41,169 bases of DNA from a virus. Taxonomy: Duplodnaviria; Caudoviricetes. Position 1 is the first letter of the stretch. Every line of letters starts with the position of its first letter. The stretch is taken from positions 1 to 41,169 of IMG/VR virus record IMGVR_UViG_3300033067_002127; one strand, 5' to 3'. Shown piece after piece: positions 9,701 through 19,000 of this stretch. Under the pieces are notes generated by a model. It saw only the letters and a program-made list of their open reading frames with translations. It was not told the DNA's origin and made no database searches. Both the position numbers and the translations under genes were made by a program.

Positions 9701-10120
9701 GTCTGCGCTACCACTGTAGAGCGAAGCAATCACCAGTCGGATGTCAATAAACCTTACAGGGTCACCTGCAACAGAAGTTACCGTGATATTTTGAGCGATC
9801 AAAGGATTTAAGGGTCGAGCAGAACCCGCCACGACCTGAGCCTCACCCCCAAGCAGGAACTCGATAGGTTCGTCATCTTCATACCCCTGCCGCATGCTTA
9901 CGCAAAAGTCGGGGAAGTTATAATCAACAGTGTCGCTGCCCGAGGACTTAACCAGAGGTTCTTCCCCGATGTAGAAACTGCGAAAACCATCATGTAAGCC
10001 TTCAACAGCCCCCTCCCCAAAGGACAAAACCATTTCGATAATGTCCTGCGAATAGAGAGTGTCCTCTGTACGTTTTGGCTCTTTTGGTTTACCACCAGAT
10101 CCGATGTAATCTTTCATCAC
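6698..10120 (-). CDS. Tail tip attachment / central tail fibre protein (lambda J-like)
   Basis: GEGAVEGL, YPRVA, VPVNYNPRTRVYDGVWLGNFKKAWTNNPVW and AVGCTNLDEALR motifs typical of gpJ. Confidence 0.9.
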   Translation of the reverse strand: MMKDYIGSGGKPKEPKRTEDTLYSQDIIEMVLSFGEGAVEGLHDGFRSFYIGEEPLVKSSGSDTVDYNFPDFCVSMRQGYEDDEPIEFLLGGEAQVVAGSARPLNPLIAQNITVTSVAGDPVRFIDIRLVIASLYSGSADGSVYTSSIELEIKYRPEGTTVWQYVTTSFLMQMYRGVHLQTALKRMTTSERAAFELMDEAAKNEIIRKKLLIVSDGTNAVTSGGDIGKAAPNGYLEKDIVTESVENSFTAGSSTTNPKAYVITGKTTSGYVHEIGIPVPPIAGNWEVEIVRKTAEVTDDYSSKEIAIDSVAKIGSAKVSYPRVALAHIVAQHTDRFSAIPDISCVLDGILCDVPVNYNPRTRVYDGVWLGNFKKAWTNNPVWVLRELIMNPDWGDRSREPSIGVNNSSFYEAAQFCDELIPTFNPTDGESYIPRHTLNMVLQEYKPSDEVKRFIAGNFRAVLSEKNGQYSLYIDKEREPTFFVCPEMVLTDGFQYSTTDLSSRYNYMKVRYQNADTNYKEDTRLITDPASIALNGIISTDITAVGCTNLDEALRLAAYSMLTNKYETIMVSFKIPRLPLYISQYENFLLADRVCGWGDSGRVTQTTENSFELMNPTVGAIGDIYTVYFFNTLGLQQTQVEKVSLYGYVRHEDTTNFLSIPLNTCVLFANEGIGAPKQFRTLMAKDEGVGNAHVYTLEASEVFQPKYQLVDNLNPETSGFSFTTTKLVLKDRYNVPSPLTVTVGLGDLTNTLSGLNYEIDISVDHIDGNVYEVVWYAEGLSRSQGYRQILAGGSEGVRGLLSPAYPVRSTLINFEVTVIDPNGNRGATFYLLNQNPKPVQTLIEEVKLSDRMVYDFYDSTLKVAWLNPEDMDIFQYHRLEMFKNYDSGTHTFSGEVLPVPVPFYSQENEYLLEPTITISSKESLRTNDTVGLFVNLYYRRYYQSRESLVKLQIDKFLQPDPLAPTFDVDLDLYGNEFIYVQYDWANMSLASFSGVTDNWTDSSFRVRHEHQSPDVTYIAEYYNAQNYDRPVHKYVHLVVTVQPVNHTQFEGVIVFARKVGQSSFVPMTPKITNLVAQPAGSDNTSLNNGFASGAATLYLRGIIFGEGAGDYEVYFYYVGKDTGANSRMPDVRTAVRTITLT

Positions 10121-10851
10121 AATGCTTGCCCCGTCCGGTTGACTGCGTTGTCTGTTTGCAGAAGTTTAAGTTGAGAACCCGCTTGAATGTAGCCATAGAA
10201 GCGGCGTAGCTTCTCCCCAGTTGGTAGCGCCTCATTCACCTTGGCAGTAAAAAAAGGAGAGGTTTCAGGCCGGTCGATTCCATCGAAATTGCGAGAGTCG
10301 ATGTTGAAACTCAGCAAGTGTCCGTAGACTCGGTGAGTGCCAAGAACAATGGGGACAGGTGTGCCCATCGCAGTGGTCATTTTCTCTCCGCTGAAGTATC
10401 GGCTTTTTTTATCCGGTTGGGTTTCTTCATCCTTCGGAGTCGGTGAAAGGATCGCAATCAAACCATTCAAAGCAACGGCCAGCCCTAGTTTGATGGTAAA
10501 GCTGGTCAGCTTAGCCCCTGCAGTACCAAAGCCTAAAGCGAAAAGTACCACAGCGGTACCGATCGCTAATAGCTTAGCGCCGTCGTTTTTCTGGCCTCCG
10601 CCACCCGCACCAGAATAGCTTTGTCTGAGATCTTCTACTTCAACACGCACAGCACGAGTTAAAGGGACTTCCATCAGTTCAAAGTTGAGGTATTGTTTAA
10701 GGCGAAGGGGCAACTTTGACCGCCCCTTGGGGAGGGTGAACTGGGCAAACAGTAATTGGCAGGCATCCATAACCGAAGTGGCTTCGACAGACACCTCGGG
10801 GGGAAAGAACTCTTGTAGGCTTTCAGGGAAAGCTAAAGTCACCACGCTCAT
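10117..10851 (-). CDS. Tail assembly protein I-like
   Basis: Ubiquitin-like N-domain ending SGAGGGG, hydrophobic middle, GTPVPIVLG motif. Likely start is the ATG at 10851. Confidence 0.8.
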   Translation of the reverse strand: MSVVTLAFPESLQEFFPPEVSVEATSVMDACQLLFAQFTLPKGRSKLPLRLKQYLNFELMEVPLTRAVRVEVEDLRQSYSGAGGGGQKNDGAKLLAIGTAVVLFALGFGTAGAKLTSFTIKLGLAVALNGLIAILSPTPKDEETQPDKKSRYFSGEKMTTAMGTPVPIVLGTHRVYGHLLSFNIDSRNFDGIDRPETSPFFTAKVNEALPTGEKLRRFYGYIQAGSQLKLLQTDNAVNRTGQAL

Positions 10852-11179
10852 AGACGTTCCGAATATACACAAGGTTATCCAGAACATTGTACTCACAAAT
10901 CCGAGTTTGGGTCACGATGTAATGCAGTTGATCAGGGAACTGCAAAAAATTTTGATAGTCCGTGTCGCTGAGATTAGCGTTACCGTCGGGGTGGGTGTGC
11001 CAAAAAGCCACAATGTCCTCACCGTATACCGCAAGGGATTCGGCAGTCATCTGAAAATTATGAAGTGGCTCAGGATGGGTGTTGGGCAACACCACCACCG
11101 AACCATCTTTTAACACCACGCCGCACTGCTCCAGTAGTGAAACTGGCAATGCCCAAAACTGCTGTAACAACTCATTCAT
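10823..11179 (-). CDS. JAB/MPN metalloprotease (tail assembly K, N-domain)
   Basis: EQCGVV plus intact JAMM motif WHTHPDGNANLSDTD. Confidence 0.88.
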   Translation of the reverse strand: MNELLQQFWALPVSLLEQCGVVLKDGSVVVLPNTHPEPLHNFQMTAESLAVYGEDIVAFWHTHPDGNANLSDTDYQNFLQFPDQLHYIVTQTRICEYNVLDNLVYIRNVYERGDFSFP

Positions 11180-11648
11180 GGCTTGAACCTTGTCGGAAGT
11201 AAGGGCTTAAAAAAGCATCAAGACCTTTCTTGACCGCTTGAGGTTTGACCTCAACGTGGCGAGCCACTAGGAGGATTCGACGATACCATTTCTGGTCAAG
11301 GTTATCTTCACGCGATACCCCATTATGTAGGTGGTGAATAAATAACCCGTTTCCGACGTAAACCCCTAGATGGTTCATCTGATCTGAAGCGACCCGAAAG
11401 ATTAAAACATCCCCCTCACGAAGCCGATCTTGGCCTTTAGGTGAGTCAGAGACAAAATCAGGATTGGCCAAGATTCGGCTAAATATGGACAACTCAGGGT
11501 TTAAAGCATAACCCTCTGGACGTGCATAATTAGGCAAGTGGATGCCATACATTGCCTGATAAAAGCCGCGAACCAGTGAGTAACAATCAGTAAAGCCCAA
11601 TTCATACTTTCGCCCTAACAGAGAGCTGTACTTGTGGTAGGGGATCAT
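11172..11648 (-). CDS. NlpC/P60 peptidase (tail assembly K, C-domain)
   Basis: YELGFTDCYSLVR, GDVL, NHLGVYVGNGLFIHH. Confidence 0.9.
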   Translation of the reverse strand: MIPYHKYSSLLGRKYELGFTDCYSLVRGFYQAMYGIHLPNYARPEGYALNPELSIFSRILANPDFVSDSPKGQDRLREGDVLIFRVASDQMNHLGVYVGNGLFIHHLHNGVSREDNLDQKWYRRILLVARHVEVKPQAVKKGLDAFLSPYFRQGSSHE

Positions 11649-12121
11649 TGCAACTCCACGGTTTTGAAGTCAGGCGGGTAGTAGCCCCGATATGGGAAAG
11701 TTCCCTTTGGAAAATCACTAAACTTTCGGAGTTCAAGCGCCACTTGGGTGCTGACCGTTTGTGTTCGGTAAACCCGCCATAAGTCAACTAGGATATTGTC
11801 GTAGTTGAGGTTCTCATGGTCTGATTCCAAGACCCGAATCAAAGTGACGGTTGCGCCTTGCAGCTCTGGGTTTAAAGCCAAACGGGTGAGGATACCTTCG
11901 GGGTTGGCAATATTCCAAATGGGTCGAGACATCTCACCCGAGTTGCTCTCATGCAGCCCAGAAATGGTGTTGGGCAAGAACTCGTAGAGATCCCCTTGAA
12001 AATGAATCTCTCGACTGCTGCAAAGCCGCAGGACGTAACCACTTTTGGTTTCGATTGTGAACAGCAGCAGGTAATCACTCTGTTCGGGGCTGAGCGCCTG
12101 TGCAATTTGAGCGTTACTCAT
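11645..12121 (-). CDS. Minor tail protein L-like (short)
   Basis: LLLFTI..IHFQGDLYEFLP..G...SRP.WNIAN pattern; sits between the distal tail and K genes. Confidence 0.7.
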   Translation of the reverse strand: MSNAQIAQALSPEQSDYLLLFTIETKSGYVLRLCSSREIHFQGDLYEFLPNTISGLHESNSGEMSRPIWNIANPEGILTRLALNPELQGATVTLIRVLESDHENLNYDNILVDLWRVYRTQTVSTQVALELRKFSDFPKGTFPYRGYYPPDFKTVELQ

Positions 12122-13002
12122 AGGGCTTCCTCTGGGAGTTGCCGCAAATCTTCGTGCAGATACTCACGCAACTCGATCTGAACACTGGGCACCTTTCCGG
12201 TGTTGCCTTGAATATAATCAATCTTCAAAGGGTTTTTAAATACAACACGAACACATTCCCCTCCCAGTTCAATGTAAAAGGGCAAATCCAGCCGGTAGTG
12301 ATTGTAAAAAGCTTCCAACGCCAAAAGGTTTTGAGGGGTGCTGGCCACAAAAGAGAGGTGTCCACCACGAATTTGATAACCCAGACCGGACACCGTTACA
12401 CGAAACGATCGCAGTTTGGGCGCGTAGGTGCGAAAGCGAACTTGGGCACCATCCCCTAAGGTCAAAACTACCGAGTCTTCAGGGTAATCCACCGAATGGT
12501 TGTTAAAAATGAAAGGGAACTGTTCAGGATACCGCAAGGTCTGTTCCATCGGGTGGAACAGGTAAGAGCGCGTAACCACTTCGCGTAATTCCACCTCGAA
12601 GCTCTCCAGTGTCCCTTGGCCTTGTAAACGACGAGCGGGCAGACTTAGCGGTTTGTTGAACACCACCTTTAACTGTCCATACACTGGATGCTTGTAGCTG
12701 AAGGGTCGGTGAAGCCCATGCTCTTGATAAAAGCGTTCCAGACCATACGCGCAAAGCTCAGGCTCCCCATGAAGGGCTTTACCAAGATGGATCATGGTTT
12801 CAAAGCGCAAAGCGAAAAGCCGACTCGGGCGACTTTCTCGACGAGGAACGTAACCTTGATTGCTGCCTTCACCACCAACCCGTTGGTATTGCTCAAGGTA
12901 AGTGGTCGAGTAGTTGTGGTAGCACCAAATAAAAGGCTTCAAGCCTTCAGTGCTTCGGAGCACTGAAGGTTCAAGGCTACCCAGTGGGATCACGTCGGTC
13001 AT
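12118..13002 (-). CDS. Distal tail / minor tail M-like protein with an internal tandem duplication
   Basis: Directly after the tape measure; two similar halves each with LE.FY..H/Y.L..PF...V.F..PL...(V/I)ELRE. Confidence 0.65.
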   Translation of the reverse strand: MTDVIPLGSLEPSVLRSTEGLKPFIWCYHNYSTTYLEQYQRVGGEGSNQGYVPRRESRPSRLFALRFETMIHLGKALHGEPELCAYGLERFYQEHGLHRPFSYKHPVYGQLKVVFNKPLSLPARRLQGQGTLESFEVELREVVTRSYLFHPMEQTLRYPEQFPFIFNNHSVDYPEDSVVLTLGDGAQVRFRTYAPKLRSFRVTVSGLGYQIRGGHLSFVASTPQNLLALEAFYNHYRLDLPFYIELGGECVRVVFKNPLKIDYIQGNTGKVPSVQIELREYLHEDLRQLPEEAL

Positions 13003-16000
13003 GTCTTGATCTGCTTAATCATCTGGTAAATCGGGCCACCGTTTGAGAGGTCGCGGCTGACAGTCACAACCACGTCCTCGTCGGTCAATCCAGATGGTAC
13101 TTTATCTGGGCTGACGACGTAAACATTGGTTGTGCTTGCTTTACCACTGCTCATTGCACCCAGACCCGCAACTTTGGCCATAGTAGCCGCGGGGTTGGTA
13201 CGCAGGCCCTCCATGAACCCATCCCCAAGCACTTTAGTGGTGCTGGTGGGCATAACCCATTCGTTCGGCATAGCAAGGATGGGGACACTGTCCTTGTTGG
13301 GGACACCGCCGGTTACCTTGCCCCCTTCGGCCATTTTTTTGGGGGTGGCATCCCCACCACCAAAACCGAACAGGGAACCTAGAGCAGAGAGCCCCACCTG
13401 TAAAAAGTTCGGGGAGGCTGCCTCACCTTTTTTACCTGAGCCACTGTCGCCCAGTAACATATTTATAAACTGATTGACCATTCGGTTGGTCACAGTTTTA
13501 AGGGCGGTCTCCACGATGCTGAGGCCAAACTCTCGCCATGCGGCTTTGCCTTCCTTGCTGCGACCGATCAAGGCGCGGAAAAAGCCCTCAACCCCGTCGG
13601 TGCTCTGCATAAGGGAGCTGGTCAATCCTTCAAAACCACTCTTCAGACTTTCAGTAACCGCGAGGGCGTCCTCGAACATTGCTTCGTCGCCAAACGCATC
13701 CTTAGTCTGGAGCCGGTAGTGGTCGGCAAGACGTTCTGTAATACCCGCTTTGGGTTTCAGCAACTCCGAGACTGCGTCTTTAGAGAAGCCTTTGAGGGCT
13801 AACTCTTGCTCGATTTGCTGCTTTCTCTCGATAATCTTAGCGATGTCGTTACCGTAAGTGTCTACTGCGTTGCGGTACTCGTCTGCCTTACCTTTGAGGT
13901 ACAGGTAAATCCGGCTTTCAGTACCAGACTTTGCCCGAGTATCTGCCATATCTTGAAAAAGAGTCTGCTTACGCGCCGCAACCCCTTGTTTTTTGCGTGT
14001 GTCCTCTTCACTGTTACTGAGCAGGCGATACTCATCAATCAAATCCCCCGCCCCTAACAGATTAGTTTGCCGTTCCAGCCCTTCTTTGGTGACCTGCAGC
14101 TCTTTCAGCTTGGTTGAGTAAGCCGCCATCTGATCTTTGAGCGTGTTGGCACGGTCAAGCAGTGCCTGATAAACCTTATCGTTGACATCCCCACCAGCTT
14201 TTTTCAGAGCCGTTTCCATGCTGTACTCGGTGTCCATCAGCTTGGCCAAACGGTCGGCTTCCATATCCTCAAGTTGAGTAATGGCCTGATCGGTAGTCTT
14301 TAAGGTTTCTTCAAGACGGACGCGCTCAAGGCGATCGTTAATATCCTGATCGACTTTGGAGAGCAGGGTATCGATACGGTCACGGTCGGCATCGTTGTAG
14401 TTCTCACTACGACCCGTCTTGTCCATGTTGCCGCGGGTGATCCGCAGCATGTCAACCATAAGGGTTCTGGATTCCTCTTCTTTCTTGAGCAAAGCCTCAG
14501 TAGCCTTTGTGCGCTCCTCCAGCATGCGCATGGCTTCCTCATGGCTGCGTTTGATAGCATCATGCTGGTTCTTCAGGCTCTCAAGCAAAATCTCAAGCTG
14601 CTTAGCCTCAAACTTCTTGACTGCCTCGATACGCATCTTTTCACCCTCACGTTCGATACGTTCGAGATCAATCTGCGTTTTGGCCGTAAGCAGTCGAGCC
14701 TTCTGCGCTTTCAAGATTAAAGCGTCAGTGCTGATGTCCGACTCTCCTGCCTTTAGCTTTTCAAGGTCGAGGTCTTGCAATGCCGCCATTTTTCGGGCGT
14801 CGATCACTTTTTTGAGCTGCGCTTGGTACTCATTCAACCGATAGGCGGGATCGATTTCATCAAGCTTGGAGTTCTCCTTCTGGATTTGAGCCTCCTTCTG
14901 GTACTTGATAATCTCAGCTTCAACGGCTGCTTTTTCCCGCTCGGTACCCGCTTGCTCCTTGGCAGAAATAAGCAATTGGTTACGCGCCTCTTGGTACAAC
15001 TGAGCCTGCTTGTTGGATTCAGCCATCGTCTGCACGAGTTGGGTAATCGCAACCTGATCGTTTTTACCTCGTGCCTCCGTCAAACGCCGCTTTAAAGTTT
15101 CACGTCCCAAGCTCAGATCCGCAAGACTACGGTTGATCTTATTGAGCTCTGGGTTGTCGTAGGCCGCCTCTTGGATGATTTGAGCCCCGCCGCGAGGAAC
15201 AGTTTGTGAACTCAAGGCAGCGTAGTAAGAGGCCACCTTGGGTAAATAGGCTTGGGTTTCCGAGGGGAGTAAGGACATCACATCCACACCCTTGCTCTTG
15301 GCTTGAGTCATGCGGTTGCCGAGGGCACCTTCACCCATGTTGTAGGCCATGACCATATTGGAAACTTGGCCACCAGTTGCGGAGTGTTTTTCCAAGTACC
15401 GTAAGTATTTTGCACCAGCTCGGATGTTTTTCTCAGGGTCAAAGCGGTCCTTATCACTCAAACCGTACTGTTTGGCAGTTGCGGGCATAAGTTGCATCAA
15501 GCCTCCAGCACCCACTGGGGAAACGGCCTTGGGGTTACCACCGGACTCTGCCTGCAGCATCGCCATTAGCAGATAAGGGTCAACACCTTCTTCCTCAGCG
15601 ATCTTCTCAACCAAAGGCATCCATTTGGCCTGAGACTTAGACAGCGCATTAATTTGCCCTGTAGTCAGCGGCTGAGCTTTGCTTGTGAAGTAGTTCGCTT
15701 GGAATATACCTTTACCTTCGGCAAAGAGTTTTCCTGCGCGTGCTCTTGCTAATTCGGCATCTTGCAGTTTATTGACATTGCTCTGGCCAATAATAGATTG
15801 CATGGCCATGTAACGCATAGCCAAGCTTTCTGGAGCGTCTTTGTCGTCCTCTTTGGGGCTCTTGCGGAACAGATTGTCCTGCATTTGCGCTGCAATCTTA
15901 GAGAACTCCTTACGCTCTACCGCAGTGCGGCTGGGGCTTGTACTCTCCCGCTTGAGTAAAGTCTCAAGCTCCATGATTAAGGCGTTAGCTTTTTGGTATG

Positions 16001-19000
16001 AGCTCTGGAGTTCCTTGTTCATACTCTGCAGTTGCGCTGGACTCATGCGCTCAACGTCAGCCGTTAAATATCGCTGGGTTGTCAAAAGGGCAGCAACCAT
16101 CTGTTCGGCTTTATTGGCGTCCATTCCGGCGCTGATAGCCGCTTGGTATAGATTTTGAGCGTTCCCTGCAGCCAGAGCTGGTCGTGGGGCGTTAAGCATC
16201 TGATTTGCGGCTAACCCTTTGAGTGGGGAGCTCATGTATTTAGACACAAGCTCTTGGTTGCGGGTAAGGGTCTGTGTCGGATTGAGCATCTGACTGCTTG
16301 TGACTGCCGAGAAGAGCCCCTCAGTGGCATATCCTTGATTCAGAGTCGTCTGATTGTAGATTTGACGCGCAGTGGCCTGCTGCTGCTGCAGCGCCTGCCC
16401 TTTCATTTCTACCTCAACCACAATCTTCTTGCTCATTTCGAGACGCAACTCTTCCCAAGCGTTGCGCAGGGATTCAACCGTCATCTCAACCTGACTGCTT
16501 AAAGCCACGCCTAGTTCCAGTGCTTTTTTACGGACTTCGACAAACTCGACCGCCAAATCACTTTGGTTTTTGCGCAAAGATTCCGACCGACTGGTCAAAG
16601 ACATGAGCTTGTTTTCGACTTCGGACAAAGAAGACTGGTTGGTCTTAATGGCGTCGTCTAGCTCTTTGTAAGTGCCAATTTGACGGTCAAGGGTTTTTTT
16701 GTTTTGCTCCAAGCTAGACCCGAGACTGTTGTTGGCCAGTGTGAATGCTGTGGCTAACGCCGCGCCGACCGTCAAAGCCACCAAGATGGGGTGAGCGCGG
16801 CTAAAGGTCATCACGCTATTCCAAGCGATCATCGCTGTTGTGCTACGAGCAATGGCACCGGTAAACATATTGGTACTTGCGGTTGCTACGCCCAGCGAGG
16901 CGGCATTTTTAAGTGCCTGCGCCTGCGCCACGCGCATGATCAAGGTGAGCCCCGACAACATGCTGACGGTACGAACAATAGCGATGCTGACCCCCGCAAT
17001 AGTCAGAGTCAGGAGGCTGAACTTGATGACACTACCTGCGATCGACTCCTGAGTTTGATCATTCAACCATGCAGTTAGATTGGCGATGGTACGGAAAACA
17101 CCGGTCAGGGCGCTTGCCGTTTCACCGCCGATTGTGTCCGCAAGGATCTTAAACTGGTTGGTCATGCGATCGCTTTGAGCAGCCAAGCTATCCATCTGGA
17201 CCTCTTGGGCTCGCATAGCTGCAGTGTTGTCGTCAAGAGCGACGTAGAGCTGGTTGTAGCCGTCGAGGTTGTTGCTCAAGGCGGTATAGAAGTTGGCGGC
17301 TCGCAACTCAAAAGACTCCAGCGCGTCCGCCCCAGAGAAGCCAGCTTCTTTTAGGTTCTTGAGAACCCCAGCTAAACCGTACACGCGCACGTCCACGTCT
17401 GAAAGAGTTAAGCCTAAGTCTTTCAAAATCGCTTTAAATTTTGCAGTCGGGGCAGTTAAGTCCGCAAGGAGCTGGCGCATACCCGTACCCATAGTGCTAC
17501 CGCTACGGATACCTGTGTTAGCCACAGTTGCGATATCCGCGAGGGTTTCACGGAAAGACATGCCCATCTCAGCCGCAGTGTTACCTGCATACTGCACAGC
17601 CAGCATGAATTTTGGAACGTCCAGCTTACTCAAGTTCATCGCTTGAGTAATTTGGTTGACAATATCCGGCATTGAACTGGCTGACAATTGGAAAGCACCG
17701 AGCACCGAAGTTGCGATGTCCACGCTGTCCTGCAAGCTGCTGCCTGTAGCCGTGGCGAGTGTGGCCACACCTGAAAGTGCCTTTTCAACTTCGCCAATCG
17801 AGAAACCGGCCTGTGCGAGGATGGTACTGGCTTCGGCAAGTTGAATAGCACTGAAGCGGGAGGCGTCGGAAACCTCGATAATTGCAGTCTTGAGTCTTTC
17901 GACTTGTGCTGTCGAAGCCTGAGAGATTGCCTGAGTCTGCTTGAGCGCAGCTTCAAAGTCCCGAATAAAAGTGTAAGCCCCGCTAAGGGAACCGGTCATT
18001 ACGTTCTGAATCGCGTAGTTCTCGCGCAGAACCGTTTGGGTGGCGAACAAACCCGCTCGGCCCTGAGAAGTGTTCAATTGGGCGAAGCGTTCGGCTGCTC
18101 CGGTGCGGGGTTGTAGCAGCTTTTGCCGCTCCATCAATGCCAGACGTTCTTGCGCGTAGATCCGAATGAGGCGTTCTGCGCGGGCGATCTGCTCTTCGTC
18201 CCCTTGTTTACTTGCGGCACGATAAAGCTGGGAAGCTCGACTTAAATCATCGCTGATTTTTACCTGCTGAATTTTAAGATCCGCAAGGGTCTTAGCCGCC
18301 TTGATCTGTGGCTCCAAACCAGTTTCGCGGTAGGTTGCCGCTTTGAGGGTGTCAAGTCGGTTTTTCTCTTGTGCGGAGCGAGCTTGAGCTCGGTTGCCCC
18401 CCTGCTCCGCATTCCGAATAGCGACGCTTTTCTGATCCAGAGAAACCCACTTATTAGTCATCTGCAGGTATTCTTTGGTATTCCCACGTTCCAAAGCGTC
18501 CCGAGCGGCCTGATCTAACCAGCGTTTTGTGTCGCTAAGCTGCTTTTTAATTTGGCTTTTACTTTCTGCAGGTAAGCTGCCGAAGTTTTGCAAGTCTAAA
18601 GCAAGTAGGTCTCGGAGATTCCCACTGTAATTTTTAGCCCTCTCGTCGCGCTTAGATTGTCGGAGTTGCTGCTCCATACTGCGCAGAGTGGCGTCCTTGC
18701 TGGCGTTGCTGCTAACCATCTTGGCCAATAGATTACGCAATTGCTTTTCTTCAACCAATAAACCCTCAAGTGCTCTTTGAATGGCCATTCGAGTGTCACT
18801 GCCTTGCTCATATCGAGGCATTGCTTGTCCCAAAGCCTCACGGTGCAACTGCAAGGCGGACAACTGACTGGTCACTTGATTAGCACTGCTCAGGACTGTG
18901 TTCGGGTCGTAATAGCGTTTTCGGTTTTGTCCAGCAAGATTCTGGAGCCCACTACCCAACAGAGCCTCGATGTCCTGCTGCCGCGAACCCAAGGTCAAAG

